From the human T2T-CHM13v2.0 reference genome, Homo sapiens: a stretch of DNA of 64,000 nucleotides. The notes beneath the pieces are model-generated. The model was not told the DNA's origin and made no database searches. It saw only the letters and a list, made by a program, of their open reading frames with translations. Position 1 is the stretch's first letter. Each line of letters begins with the position of its first letter. The DNA is taken from assembly GCA_009914755.4 (NCBI GenBank), contig CP068257.2:320001-384000 (forward strand). The letters run 5' to 3'. Shown here in pieces: positions 43,176 to 56,881 of this stretch. Both the position numbers and the translations under genes were made by a program.

Positions 43176-44439
43176 CTAAGTAAAACAAAAATTGTATACC
43201 AAGGAAATATTTTGCCACATTTGCATGCTAAATCACCAATATTGAAATTGTTTAGATATATAATTTAAATAAACTCCATGGTCTAAGTCAAATCACCTAT
43301 AACTACTCATCAGTTACCAGTACCATGCACCTAATTTGGAGAAACAGCTGGTATTCAAGAGGATGTAAGTCTAATGTTAATTAAGCACAGACTTATGAAG
43401 AACCAGGATGGCCACCTTATCCTTCTTAAGTCCTTAAAACTTTTGTTATTAAAAGTTCTGCATTCCATAACTCATCATGGAAAGAGAAAATGATCCAAAT
43501 TAAATATATTGGTGTGGTGATTTCTAAACTGCTAAAATAGTTTATAACCAATGTTTGGTTTGTCATACCTATATTCCTAGGAAAACAATCAAAACTTCAG
43601 GTACATTTGGTTATCTGATGGGCCATTTAAACATTTTATAAAGGGATTTCATTCAGTTGTCATTTTCAGTGCATGTTTTCTGATTGTATAAAAGCTCTTC
43701 TATGCGAGACAGTTGATGTTGAAACAGTAGATTATTACCCTGAAGTGTATTTTCACCAGGTAAAGAAAGCCTTTTATGGCTCACTGAGGACAGTCAACCC
43801 CTTCAAAATCTAGAATCTGATGACTGGATCTTCTGAGAACATCAGAGAAGGACTGCCCTTGCCATCCACATGACAGCAAAACTTTAAAACCTTAAACTTT
43901 GGGTTCATAGTCTCACAACTCAGAAGGGTCCTTCCACACTTGGAACCATATACCCATTGGAACCCTTAAGGTAAAGCTAACAAGGACAATTCCCCCCAGA
44001 AGAAGATGGCATCCTTAATGTGAACAGCTTTTCCCAAGATCACAGATCAAGACTTCTCTACTATCATGAGACACTTATCTTAAGTATCTGTGCAGCTGCT
44101 AACACTTACAGCATGTGGAGAAAACATGGGGTATTATAAAGATTTGGTTGTAGGGAATTAACAAAAAAACCCACTTAGTTAAGCAAGTAAACTCTTTAAT
44201 TCATTCTTTAATCTATTTGATTTTAGGTGGTTTGATTTATGGGGACTCTGAGTTAGGAGCATACACCAAATTCTTGGTGTTATCCCAATAGTCATAAGAG
44301 TCTCCCTGGTGCACTGTACTTACTCAAATGTTTTAAGAGTTTGCATGCAGGCATCTCTAAAATATCAAATGGTATCTCTTCAACTGGAATGACAAGAGAT
44401 TAAAAAAAAAGTGCAACCATAAGGACACCATATCCTATG

Positions 44440-45388
44440 AGTGACATACTAAACCGGAAACCCAAAACAATGAGAGTGACATGCTAAACCAGAAACCCAA
44501 AACAATGGGAGTGATGTACTAAAACTGGAACCCAAAACAATGGGAGTGATGTGCACTAAAACCAGAACCCAAAACAATGGGAGTGACGTGCTAAACCAGA
44601 AACCCAAAGCAATGGGAGTGACTTGCTAAAACTGGAACCCAAAACAATGGGAGTGATGTGCTAAAACCAGAAACGACAACAATGGGAGTGATGTGCTTAA
44701 ACCGGAACCCAAAACAATGGGAGTGACCTGCTAAACCAGAAACCCAAAACAATGGGAGTGACCTGCTAAACCAGAAACCCAAAACAATGGGAGTGACATG
44801 TAAAACCAGAAACCAAAACAATGGGAGTGATGTGCTTAAACCGGAACCCAAAACAATGGGAATGACCTGCTAAACCAGAAACCCAAAACAATGGGAGTGA
44901 CCTGCTAAACCAGAAACCCAAAACAATGGGAGCGTCCTGCTAAACCAGAAACCCAAAACAATGGGAGTGACCTGCTGAACCACAAACCCAAAACAATGGG
45001 AGTGATGTGTAAAACCAGAAACCCAAAACAATGGGAGTGACATGCTAAAACCAGAAACCCAAAACAATGGGAGTGACCTGCTAAAACCTGGAAACCCAAA
45101 ACAATGAGAGTGACGTGCTAAAACCAGAAACCCAAAACAATGGGAGCGTCCTGCTAAACCAGAAACCCAAAACAATGGGAGTGACGTGCTAAAACCAGAA
45201 ACCCAAAACAATGGGAGTGTCCTGCTACACCAGGAACCCAAAACAATGAGAGTGACGTGCTAAACCAGAAACCCAAAACAATGGGAGTGACGTGCTAAAA
45301 CCAGAACCCAAAACAATGGGAGTGACGTGCTAAACCGGAAACCCAAAACAATGGGAATGATGTGCTAAAATCGGAACCCAAAACAATG
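44440..45388. repeat. 35/36-bp minisatellite, ~26 units (unit ctaaa(a)ccagaaacccaaaacaatgggagtgacgtg)
   Basis: Direct count of unit length; units differ by short substitutions and indels (ccag/ccgg, gac(g/c/a)tg, ctaaacc/ctaaaacc). Confidence 0.85.
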
Positions 45389-45451
45389 GTAACTAAGAGT
45401 GGTGTTAAGGCCCTACATTTTGGTCACACTCTCAACTAAGTGAGAACTTGA

Positions 45452-45758
<307 letters not shown>

Positions 45759-46116
45759 AAAAGGAGGAATTTTTTAAGCAAAATTATGGGAGGCCATTGT
45801 TTTGAACTAAGCTCATGCAATAGGTCCCAACAGACCAAAACAAACCAAAATCGAGTCACTCATGCTAAATGTAACATAATCAAACTAAGACTTTAAGGAA
45901 ACACATAAATCCTAGAACAAACCAGGTTTTGTTTTTCTCCTGTAAACAGGATGTTCCAGCATAAGAAGATATCTTCTACTCAAGTCCTTGTTCCACTTTT
46001 CAAATCTCACTGGTCTATTTCCCAGTGGGTTTCTAAACCAAGTAAGTACATTTGCAATGGTAATAGTGACACCAGTGACTGAAGTTTTGGCCAATCTCTC
46101 AAAATTGAGAAAATAA

Positions 46117-46132
46117 CCAAAGGGAAGGCATT
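46117..46132 (+). promoter_or_regulatory. Polypurine-tract-like run immediately upstream of the 3' LTR (aaccaaagggaaggca)
   Basis: AAAGGGAAGG directly abuts the TGTT start of the second LTR copy; no comparable purine run precedes the first copy. Confidence 0.4.
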
Positions 46133-46527
46133 GTTAAAGTGAACTAAGTATGGCCTGAGAAGGACTCCATAATTCTATATATGAGTCCTTGTGGATGAAC
46201 TGCAACCTACCTTAATAGGTATACAAGAATGAAAAACTAACTTGAGAGTATGCACCTGGAACAACAGCTACATCTTGGCCAATCCCAATGGCCAAACTTC
46301 AACCACTCAGGCACTGCCAAATGTTCAAAATGTGTTCAAAGAAGGCAAACGCTGAGTTGTTTCTGTACCTCACTTCCGATTTCGGTATGCCATTTCCCTT
46401 TTGTCTATAAATCTTCCACCACATGACTGCGCTGGAGTCTCTGTGAATCTGCTGTGATTCTGGGGACTGTCTGATTCGTGAATCGTTTATTGCTCAATTA
46501 AACTCCTTTAAAGTTTTTCTTTCAACA
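46133..46527 (+). mobile_element. Candidate 3' LTR of the same ERV (shorter than the 5' copy owing to two internal deletions/duplications)
   Basis: ttgttaaagtgaactaagtatggcctgagaaggactcc...ccaatcccaatggccaaacttcaaccactcaggcactgcc...tctataaatcttccaccacatgactgcgctggagtctctgtgaatctgctgtgattctggggactgtctgattcgtgaatcgtttattgctcaattaaactcctttaaagtttttctttcaaca aligns along its length with 32404-32879; followed by GAAC (46528-46531). Confidence 0.6.
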
Positions 46528-46544
46528 GAACTAACACAGAAGAA

Positions 46545-47184
46545 TTTCCAGGTCATGAACAGACGTTTTGTAATACCCAACGTTGTATTAATATGAATAG
46601 ACTCTTCCTTAGATAGCTAACCTTGTTTTTAATATGAATAGACTCTCCCTTAGCTGAGAAAACCAGACAAACTCCATTTGGCTCCTTCATTTACAAGACA
46701 TCAAGGGCTCCTTACCCACCCCCTTTCCTCAAGGACTTTAACTTGTGCAAACTGATTTTCAACATATCAAAGAGTGCAATTAACTGATAAAGTGCTGAGA
46801 CAAGTGATGTCGGCAGTTCCCAGCAAATTACTCAGAGATAATATCATAAAGCCCCCACCTTTGTCCAGCAGATAATGCCCAGAGCCCCCTCACCTATCAC
46901 TTTGTGGTGAATTTAAAGCCCCTGCACCTGGAACAGTTTGTTTTCCTGTAACCATCAGTCTTTTTAACTTTTTTGTCGTTTTTTTCTTCTGTAAAGTTTC
47001 TGCAGCTAGAATCCCCCCTCCCCTCTCTAAACCAAAGTATAAAAGAAAATCTATTCCCTTCTTCGGGGCCGAGAGAATTTTGTGCATTGGCCGTCTCTCA
47101 GTCACCGGCTAATAAAGGACCCCTGAATTCGTCTCAAAGTGTGACGTTTCTCTCTAACTCACTCAGGTATGACAGTTTCAACTA
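46545..47184 (+). mobile_element. Second, unrelated LTR-like unit (U3 with TATAAAAG at ~47046, R/U5 with AATAAAGG at ~47112) followed by a PBS-like TGGTAGAAGACTCGAG at 47185
   Basis: ...gtataaaagaaaatctattcccttcttcggggccgagagaattttgtgcattggccgtctctcagtcaccggctaataaaggacccctgaattcgtctcaaagtgtgacgtttctctctaactcactcaggtatgacagtttcaacta TGGTAGAAGACTCGAGTAAGG; organisation typical of a retroviral LTR-leader junction; no partner LTR found in window. Confidence 0.4.
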
Positions 47185-49879
47185 TGGTAGAAGACTCGAG
47201 TAAGGCAAATACAGTCCCCCTAAATTTGACTATTATTTAGGTTAATGGTGAGTTTAGAAGAAATAAGTTAAGACTACACAGAGTGGGCTAAAGTGCAAAT
47301 AAACACTGGAAATATTTCCCAGAAAATATGACTTTGAACAGGCTGCTGCACACCCTGCATGTAGAGATAAACTAAGAAAAAGGTGTGGAGAGTTATTTAA
47401 GGACCTATGGTTAACTCAGTCCTCAAGATGTTCCAGGTTTCATCCATGAATCAAGGAGGACCTCCAAAAAGCTGTTTGGGACCACACTCTTTGAGCAAGG
47501 AGCATACCTTACGATGGAAGCTGTGCTTTAGTGGCAGATGACCATTTCCACTGCACAAAACGCTGTGCTTTAGCGGAAGATGACCGTTTCCACTGCACAA
47601 CACTACAAGTGGTTACTGCCAGGCCGGTGTGAAATATGTTCCAGCACATAATCTATGTCACCAATGAAGGTGGTGGTTCTGACTTGGTGCACAGAAGCTT
47701 TCCTGTCCCACAAGAACACAGCATGCTCTCTTCTCGGATTCCATTCCAATCACGTAACAAATATGACTGCCTTTTTTGTCTCAGCATCAGAAAGATCAGA
47801 GGAAAATTTGCACCCAACTTAGACAACTCTAAGCTCTTATAACCTGCCTATATCTACAGGTCAGCTTTATCTTATTTATGTATATTTCCTTCAACCTGAG
47901 TTTTACTTATTTCTACTTTTCCTTTTCAATTCACAGACTCCAATAAACTCAGAAAATACAGTGTAAAACAAAGTGAAGAACAAATAAACAACTCACCAGA
48001 GATTTATTCGTTTCCTATTGCTCTTGGAAACACCCAGAGGACACTGGAAACATAGCTGGGATAGAAGGCAAATGACGTGGGTTAAGGAGAGAACTGGTGT
48101 GGTGTGGTCCCAGATTCTTCTGCCCAACACTCTAGACACATTACTTGGGAAAGCCCTCCTCCCTCCTGAAAAAGAAAAACTTCCCCATGGGAGAAGAGTC
48201 CTTCATGCCTCATTAGGGGCAACAAAGACTCAAGTTAAGATAAGATACATCTACAAGTACATTAATTGGTAGACATTAGATGCACAATTTATTTTTGAAT
48301 AAAAACATGTATTACCTACTAATTTAGTAACAATATTATCTAAAGATATAATCTAATAATTTAATACAAAGAAACATAAGTTCACTAAAATAAATGTTAT
48401 AGAAATATACTAGGCTGTATTAACTATTTTCCTATTAATATGTAGATTCCACAAATAACTTCATATGAGTGTTCCCATGACAGTACATCTTGCTTTTCTA
48501 TACCTGAACATCATGGAAAGTGCATCTTACAATCCAGCAATTTTGGCCTATAATTACGTTTTTTAAAATGTACATAATATGTATTTCCTACAGTACACCA
48601 TTCTACTCATGTTTCCCAATAACACCTTTCCTTCTATCCAAGCCCTCATATTATGCTCTGACAATAAATTGGGCTTTTCCATCTGACTTGTCCAGTGAAT
48701 GGACAATGGAAAATGTGATGCAAATATACATTGGTTCTTCCCATTTTGGACACAGTCAAATTGTGAAGAGGTCTGGAGCTACCCTGTTGGAGACACAGGG
48801 CCTAGCCAAGAGTCACCACAAACCACCAGATTGTGAAGGAAACTATCTTAAACCAACCAGACTCAGTCAAGGCACCAGGTGACTAAGGCCTTTTTGTGAT
48901 CCAGGCAACACAAATATATCAACTACCCAGCTGAATCCACCACACCAAAATGCAGATCCACAGAAATTCAAACAAATAAAATGGTGGTTTTTTATAAGCC
49001 AGTAAGGTTTAATTAGTTCCTTAAACAGCAAGTATTAACTGTTACACCTAAGTGAACAGAATTCACTTCTGTGTTTTTAACAAAATTACGTAGGGGGAGA
49101 AAATCTTAAATTACAAATCAAATATAATCAATAGAACTTCGCAATCTAATGCTAAATTTGGTGATGGACTAGGTTTAATATATCTCAGACGCTGGAAGAA
49201 ACGAGCTAAGGTTGAAGGAATGGGACTGTGTTTGGAGAGTATTTTAATCTTCTCAAGTATGACAGGTCACTCCTGTACCCCAGACCACACTTTCAGGCCC
49301 CTTCAAATAAGGAATATTTCCTAAGTCCTTGCCTGTTCTTCTCAGCTGAATTCACCTCAACCTTCTGAAGGTTCGTCCAAACCTTCTGCTATCACCTAGT
49401 CTTTGCAAATCTTGTGCATTCTAGGGAGTAGAATTAATATTTCCTGAGCGAGGAAAACTGGGTTCTTCACCTGTGACCTTTTTTCCTCCTCTGAAGCACC
49501 AGTGAGAGGTTAGACCAGATGGCTGTTCTTTCAAGTGCACTTCTTATTCATAGGGAACTCTCCCTTTCAAACTTCGTAACACACAGTTAAGACTGAAGTA
49601 CCCTTAAGGCTGACTACCATCACCCATTACACCATCTCCCTCGCGGAATCAGTGACTTCTTCCCTGGAAACTAGGTCTCGTATAAACTTCTGTAAATGCG
49701 ACCCAGGAGGACTAGGCAGGTCACACAGTGAAGGAGGGAACCAGAAACTTCACTTGCTAAAGAGACACCAGGAAACCCAACTAATACAAACGCCAAGTTT
49801 AAGACTAGAGGCGCACGCATTTCGCACTACTCCTCTGGGAATGGGGAACATCTCCTGAGAATTGTGTGTTAGCACCGGG

Positions 49880-50420
49880 ACACATGGGCAAACTGAGCGA
49901 CATGAGGGTTGGTAACCGGGTCCCTAAGCGGCAGGACAGGAGCTTGGCCTGCAGACTCCGGGCCCAGGGCCACCGGCCTCGCCTACCCGTTCCTGCGCCT
50001 CTAGAACCCGCTTCACTGCCAGGACCACACGCCTGTCATCCCAGCCCCCGCCAGGGTCCACGGCCCGCACCTGCACTTCAGGCCCTGCCCGCCCGCGATG
50101 TGCCCACGCATCTGCTCCCACAACTAGGGAACACTGGTCCGGCCCCTCGGAATCCCCCGAGACCCACGGGTTCCTCTTCGCCCTTGCACCGACCCGCAGG
50201 GACATAGAACCAAGCCCCAAGCCGGCCCAGCTACAGGACCCTCTCTGGGTGCCGCACTTCCGGAGGAAAATGGCGGAGTGGGCCGGGCAGCGCAAGCGCA
50301 GAGAGAAAAGCTGGTTCCCAAGGTCCTTGATGGTAACATCATTGGAAGGTGACACTACATTTCCCATGAGGCTCTGCGGTCCCCCGTTAGGAACCCACGC
50401 AGGACATTCTGTTTTGCCCA
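49880..50420. promoter_or_regulatory. CpG-rich island with housekeeping-promoter-like motif set (ETS/GABP core CACTTCCGG at 50255-50263, YY1-like AAAATGGCGG at 50267-50276, ZNF143/SBS-like ACTACATTTCCCATGAGGCTCTGCGG at 50354-50379)
   Basis: Dense CpG (ccggcctcgcctacccgttcctgcgcc...cccgcccgcgatgtgcccacgcatc...ccgacccgcagg...cgcaagcgcag) in an otherwise CpG-depleted window; ATG in strong Kozak context at 50270 (gaaaATGGCGG) followed by GT donor candidates at 50333 and 50349. Confidence 0.45.
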
Positions 50421-50596
50421 GCAGTTGAGTTCAGTTACCCAGAGACCCGGACTTAATGGATCAGGACTGGTCCCTACCCAGGTGACACAGATGTGGCATT
50501 CTGGTTCTTTATTAAATCCTGGTTTCACAGCCTGGGACATTGTGAAAAAAAATGGAGAAATTTCAATAGAGGCCAATTGGTCTATGCTATTAATGA

Positions 50597-50891
<295 letters not shown>

Positions 50892-52812
50892 CTCAAGTAT
50901 ATTTTTTATAGATGCATTCGAAAGCATGAAAAAAATCATGTCTCTATTTTACTTTAAAATTTTAAAAACACAACTAATGAATATGGTAATTCTCTTCCAA
51001 TCCGTTATATTTTCTCTCACTAAACTAATTTGTGAGCCTTCAATTTACACAGTTAGAAAATATGCTCTAGTGCATATACTAGGATAAAATAACAGGGTCA
51101 TAAGACAGGTGCACTCCATAATCTTTGTGACAACTTACACTTCCAGTGTCTGATAAATATTTGCCCACAAACTCCCACGTTTCATCCATCCATCAATCAA
51201 TCAAATCTGCCTATCTTTATTTATTTATTGTGAGAAAGACCTGAAATTTGCCTTTCCTTCCCTGATTTCTGCCACAAACTAGGCAAGGAGTTCTGTCTAG
51301 GGGTTTCTCAGAGCTCCAGCTACCACTGAGGTTCCTAACAGGGAAACGCAGGCTTGAATGCTCAGGGTTGATGTGGGAGTGCGTGTGAAACGGGGGTGGG
51401 GTGAAAGGGCAGTGACGTTTGTAGGTGGGCAGATGGGGGTGTGAAGGGCTTTCAGGTAGGAGGCATGCAGGAAACTGGGAGAGGCAGTGAAAGTACCTCA
51501 CGCCTCAGATCACCAGAAGACGCTCCCACCAGTGCCATGACAGTTTGCCAATGCCATGGCAGCATGGGAAGTCCCCACCCCTTGCCATGGAAACAGCTGG
51601 AAGTTGTTGCCCATTTCTAGCTATTTCTGAATAACCCACCCCTTAATTAGCATGCCATTAAAAGTGAATTATAAAAATGACTACAAGCCACCCCTAGGCT
51701 GCTGCTCTGGGAGCACAACCCACGGAGGGCTCTCTGCCCTGCCGAAGTGGACGCAGGGCTGTAACACCGCCAATGCCTCTGTAGAGCTGCTTTCTTCCAC
51801 CACAGGCTTGCTTTTGGATTTCTTCCTGAGCGACGCCAAGAACCTGCCCTTCCTCAGTGTGACTCTTGCCTAAAACCTATCCCTGGTATTCTCTTTTCCT
51901 GAGCATGCCCTGACTTGTTCTTTCATCTCCTCTGATCTTGCAATTGGTCCTCAGTGACTCTATTCTGCAGATCCATAAAACTCAACCTTAATCTTCCCAG
52001 AGCCCTGTTGTCTCCAATATTGGAATCTCTAGCCTTGTTTTCTCAGACGCCTAGATTACAGGCCTCTCTCTTGAACACCTATTGGTATGGTATCTGGGGA
52101 TTCTTTAAATACACGGTGATTGGCAGGGGTTACATAGTGGAAATCAGTGCCTGACAATTCGCCTTCCAGGATATGGACTGTCATTCCCTCTCTTGGTCCC
52201 CCTCAGTCTCTTATCCATAAAAGTAGAGATTGTAATACTCATTTGAATTGCAGATACCTCAACCCGAACCCACCTAACATAATGTAAAAGCCAAGAATGC
52301 AACCCCTTTCCTCACCCCGTGAAGGTAAAGCTCTCAGAGCCAAGGAGAGAAGGCTCAGGGATGGTATCTGGGTGTTTCCAATGCTAACCATGTATTGTAG
52401 TTTTTAGTGTGCAAGTTTAAGCTTCCCCAGCTTTAATTCTATTGTAACAAGATTTATTTTTGTAATTCCATTTTTGGATTCTTGATTTATTGGTAAAGAA
52501 AGAAATACAGTTATTTTTGTATACCAATCTTATATAGTGTTACATTCTTAAATTTGTTCATGAGTCCTAACACTTTTTAGTAAATTTCTTATGATTTTCT
52601 AAATGCAAGATCATGTCATCTGTACATAAAGACAACTGTACTTCTTCCTTTGCAATCTAGATGCCGTTTATTTATTTACGTTGCCAAGTTGTCCCAGCTA
52701 CCACTGTTATCAAGTAAAAGGGTCTCACTGCCCAAAGCACAAGAAGCCGGTACCATGACACTGAGTTTTCGAGAAAAGAAAAAGTTTAAAGTCAAACCAA
52801 AACCTATGGGGT

Positions 52813-53131
<319 letters not shown>

Positions 53132-53560
53132 CTATGGGATAAAGTAAAAATAGTACTACAGTACTAAGAGGTAAGTTTATAGAAAAAAGCACCTACATCA
53201 AAAAAAAGTAGAAAAGCTTCAAATAAACAACTTAATAATGCATCTTAAATAATTAGAAAAGCAAGAGCAAACCAAAACCAAAATTAGTAGAAGGAAACAT
53301 AGCAAAGATCGGAGCAGAAATAAATGAAATTGAAATTTAAAAATATAAAATATCAATGAAATGAAAAGTTAATATTTTTTAAAAGACCAACAAAGTCAAC
53401 AAACATTTAACCAGACTAAGAAAAAAGAGAGAAGAATCAAATACATAAAGCCAGAGATTAAAGAGGAGACACTATAACTGATACTGTGGAAATTCAAAGA
53501 ATCATTAGAAACTATTATGACCGACTATATTCCAATAAATTGAAAAACCTGGAAGAAATG

Positions 53561-53854
<294 letters not shown>

Positions 53855-55228
53855 CTAGAAGAAATGGATAAATGAAATTGAAGCCATAATAAAACATCTC
53901 CTAGCAAAGAAAAGCCTGGATTCAATGGCTTTACTGGCTTCACTGATTAATTTTACCAAACATTGAAGGCAGAATTACTATCAATCCTACTCAAACTATT
54001 CCAAAAAACAGAGAAGGCTGTAGTATTTCCAAACTCATCCTATGAAAAAGACCATTCATCATGTCTAAGTGGGATTTATCCCGAGGATGCCAACATAGTT
54101 CAACATATGCAAATCAATAAAGGTGACACATCATATCAACAGAATGAAGGACAAAAACCATATGATAATTTCAATTGATGCTAAAAAGCATTTAATAAAA
54201 TTCAACATCCCTGTGATAAAAAGAAACCCTCAAAAAAAACTAGATATAGAAGGAACATACCACAACACAATAAAAACCATATGCAACAGACCCACAGCTA
54301 GTATCATCCTGAACAGGGAAAAGCTGAAAGCCTTTCTTCTAAGATCTGGAACAAGACAAGAATGTCCACTTCCAACACTGTTACTCAACATAGTACTGGA
54401 AGTCCTAGCTAGAGCAATTCAGACAAGAGAAAAACAATAAAAGGGATCCAAATTAGAAAGAAGTAAAATTATTACTGTTTTCTTGTTTGCAGATGATTTG
54501 ATCTTATATTTGGAAAAACCTAAGGACTCCACCAAAAAACTATTAGAACTGATCAACAAATTCAGAGTCACAGGATACAAAATCAAACTACAAAAGTCAG
54601 TAGCATTTCTAAATGACAAAAATGAACAATCTAAAGAAGAAAATCAAGAATGTAATCCCATTTACAATAACTACAAATAAAATAAAATATATGGGAATAA
54701 ACATAACAGAAGAAGTGAAAGATCTCTACAATGAAAACTATAAAACATCAATGCAAAAAAATTAAAGAGGACACCAAAAAAAAAAAAAAAGGAAAGATAG
54801 TCCATGTTCATTGATTGGAAGAGTAAATATTGTTAAAATACCCATACTTCACAAAGCGATCTACAGATTCAATGCAATCTCTATTGAAATACTAATAACA
54901 CTCTTCACAGAAATAGAAAAAAATTCCTAAAATTTATACGAAACCATAAAAGACCCAGAATACCAAAAGCCATCCTGAGCAAAAAGAACAATACTGGAAG
55001 AATCACATCACCTGACTTTAAATTATAGTACAGAGCAATTGTAAACAAAACACCATGGTACTGGCATAAAACAGACACATAGACCAATGGAACAGAATAG
55101 AGAACCCAGAAATAAATCCATACATTTACAATTAACTCATTTTCAATGAAGGTGCCAAGAATATACATGGGGGAGAGGATAGTCTCTTCAACAAATTGTG
55201 CTGGGAAAACTAGATATTCATTGGCAGA

Positions 55229-55498
55229 TTTTTTTTTTTTTTTTTTTGAGATGGAGTCTAGCTCTGTTGCTCAGGCTGGAGTGCAGTGGCGCGATCTGGG
55301 CTCACTGCAAGCTCCACCTCCCGGGTTCACACCATTCTCCTCCTCAGCCTCCCAAGTAGCTGGGAGTACAGGCGCCCGCCACCATGCCTGGCTAATTTTT
55401 TTTTTTTGTATTTTTAGTAGAGACGGAGTTTCACCATGTTAACCAGGATGGTCTCGATCTCCTGCCCCCATGATCTGCCCACCTCGGCCTCCCAAAGT
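55229..55498 (-). mobile_element. Alu (minus, lacks ~30 nt of its 5' end) with TSD cattggcaga
   Basis: T19 gagatggagtctagctctgttgctcaggctggagtgcagtggcgcgatctgggctcactgcaagctccacctcccgggttcacacc...; cattggcaga on both sides. Confidence 0.9.
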
Positions 55499-55930
55499 CA
55501 TTGGCAGAATAATTAAGAATAATTAAACTAGAACCCCCTCTTGCACTATATACAAAAATCAAATCCAAATGGGTTAAAGACTTAAATCAAAGACACGAAA
55601 CTACTAAAAGTAAACATTAGGGAAACTCTCCAGGAAATTGGTCTTGGCACAGATTTCTTGAGTAATACTCCAAAAGCTCAGGCAACCAAAGCTAAAATGA
55701 ACAAGTGGTATCACATCAAGTTCAAAAGTTTCTGCATAGTAAAGAAAACAATGGGCAAAGTGAAAAGACAATCCACAGAATGGAAGAAAATATTTGCAAA
55801 CTATATATCTGACAAGGGATTAAAAACCAGAATATATAAGGAGCCCAAACAACTCTATAAGAAAAAAACTAACAATCCAATTATTTAAATGGGCAAAAGA
55901 TCTGAACAGACATTTCTCAAAAGAAGGCAC

Positions 55931-56222
55931 CCAGGTCAGGCGCAGTGGCTCACACCTGTAATTCCAGCACTTTGGGGAGCCAAGACGGGTGGGACACTTG
56001 AGCCCAGGAGTTCAAGACCAACCTGAACAACATAGCAAATAATTTTAAAAACTACCTGGGCATGGTGATGCCTGCCTGTGGTCCCAGCTACTCAGGAGGC
56101 TGAGGTGGGAGGATTGCTTGAACCCTGGCAGTCAACATTACATTAAGCCGTGGTCATACCACTGCACTCCAGCCTGGGCGACAGAGTGACACGCTGTCTC
56201 AAAAAATGAACAAAAACAAAAA
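55931..56222 (+). mobile_element. Alu (plus; older, AluJ/S-like)
   Basis: cccaggtcaggcgcagtggctcacacctgtaattccagcactttggggagccaagacgggtgggacacttgagcccaggagttcaagaccaacctg... Confidence 0.85.
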
Positions 56223-56881
56223 AGAAGATATATAAATGTCAAATAGGTATATGAAAAGATGCTCAATATCATTGATCATCAGAGAAATTGAAATCAAAAC
56301 TACAATAAGATAGCAACTTACCCCATTAAAATGGCTTTTATGCAAAAGACAGGCAATAACAAATGCTTTCAAGAATGTGGGGAAAAGGGAACTCTCTTAC
56401 TCTGTTGGTGGGAATGTAAATTAGTATATTCACTATGGAGAAAAATATGGAGGTCCCTCAAAAAATTAAAAATAGAACTATCATATGATACAGCAATCCC
56501 ACTGCTGGGTATATACCCAAGAGAGGGAAAATTAGTATATCAAAGAGATATCTGCATTCCCATATTTATTTCAGCACTACTCATAATAACCAAGATTTGG
56601 AAGCAACCTAAGTGTGCATCAACAGATGAAGGGATAAAGAAAATGTAGTACATATACACAAGGGAGTACTCTTCGGCCATGAAAAAGAATAAGATTCTGT
56701 CATTTGCAACAACATGGATGGAACTAGAGGACATTATGTTAAGTAAAATGAGCCAGGCACAGAAAGACAGACTTTACATGTTCTCACTCATTTGTGGGAG
56801 CTAAAAATTAAAACAATTGAACTCATCAAGATAGAGAGTAGACTGAGAGTTTCCAGAGGCTGGGAAGAGTAGTGGTGTTAC

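Noticed and set aside
43380-44300. Looked for gag/pol/env remnants inside the ERV interior
   Set aside because: No ORF of 60 aa or more on either strand between 43154 and 44591, and no retroviral motif (YXDD, DTGA, HHCC, CWLC) could be read in any frame by eye. The interior is too decayed or deleted to call.
49866-50367. ORFs 49866..50207 (+) 113 aa and 49924..50367 (-) 147 aa across the CpG island
   Set aside because: Overlapping antisense ORFs in a CpG island are an expected GC artefact; Pro/Arg/Gly/Ala low-complexity. I only retain the possibility of a short first exon starting at ATG 50270.
51340-52400. LTR-like block (ccatggcagcatgggaagtcccc...gaattataaaaatgactacaagccacccctaggctgctgctctgggagc...)
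   Set aside because: Has a TATA box and the flavour of an ERV1 LTR, but I could not find termini, TSD or a partner copy; left as unannotated rather than named.
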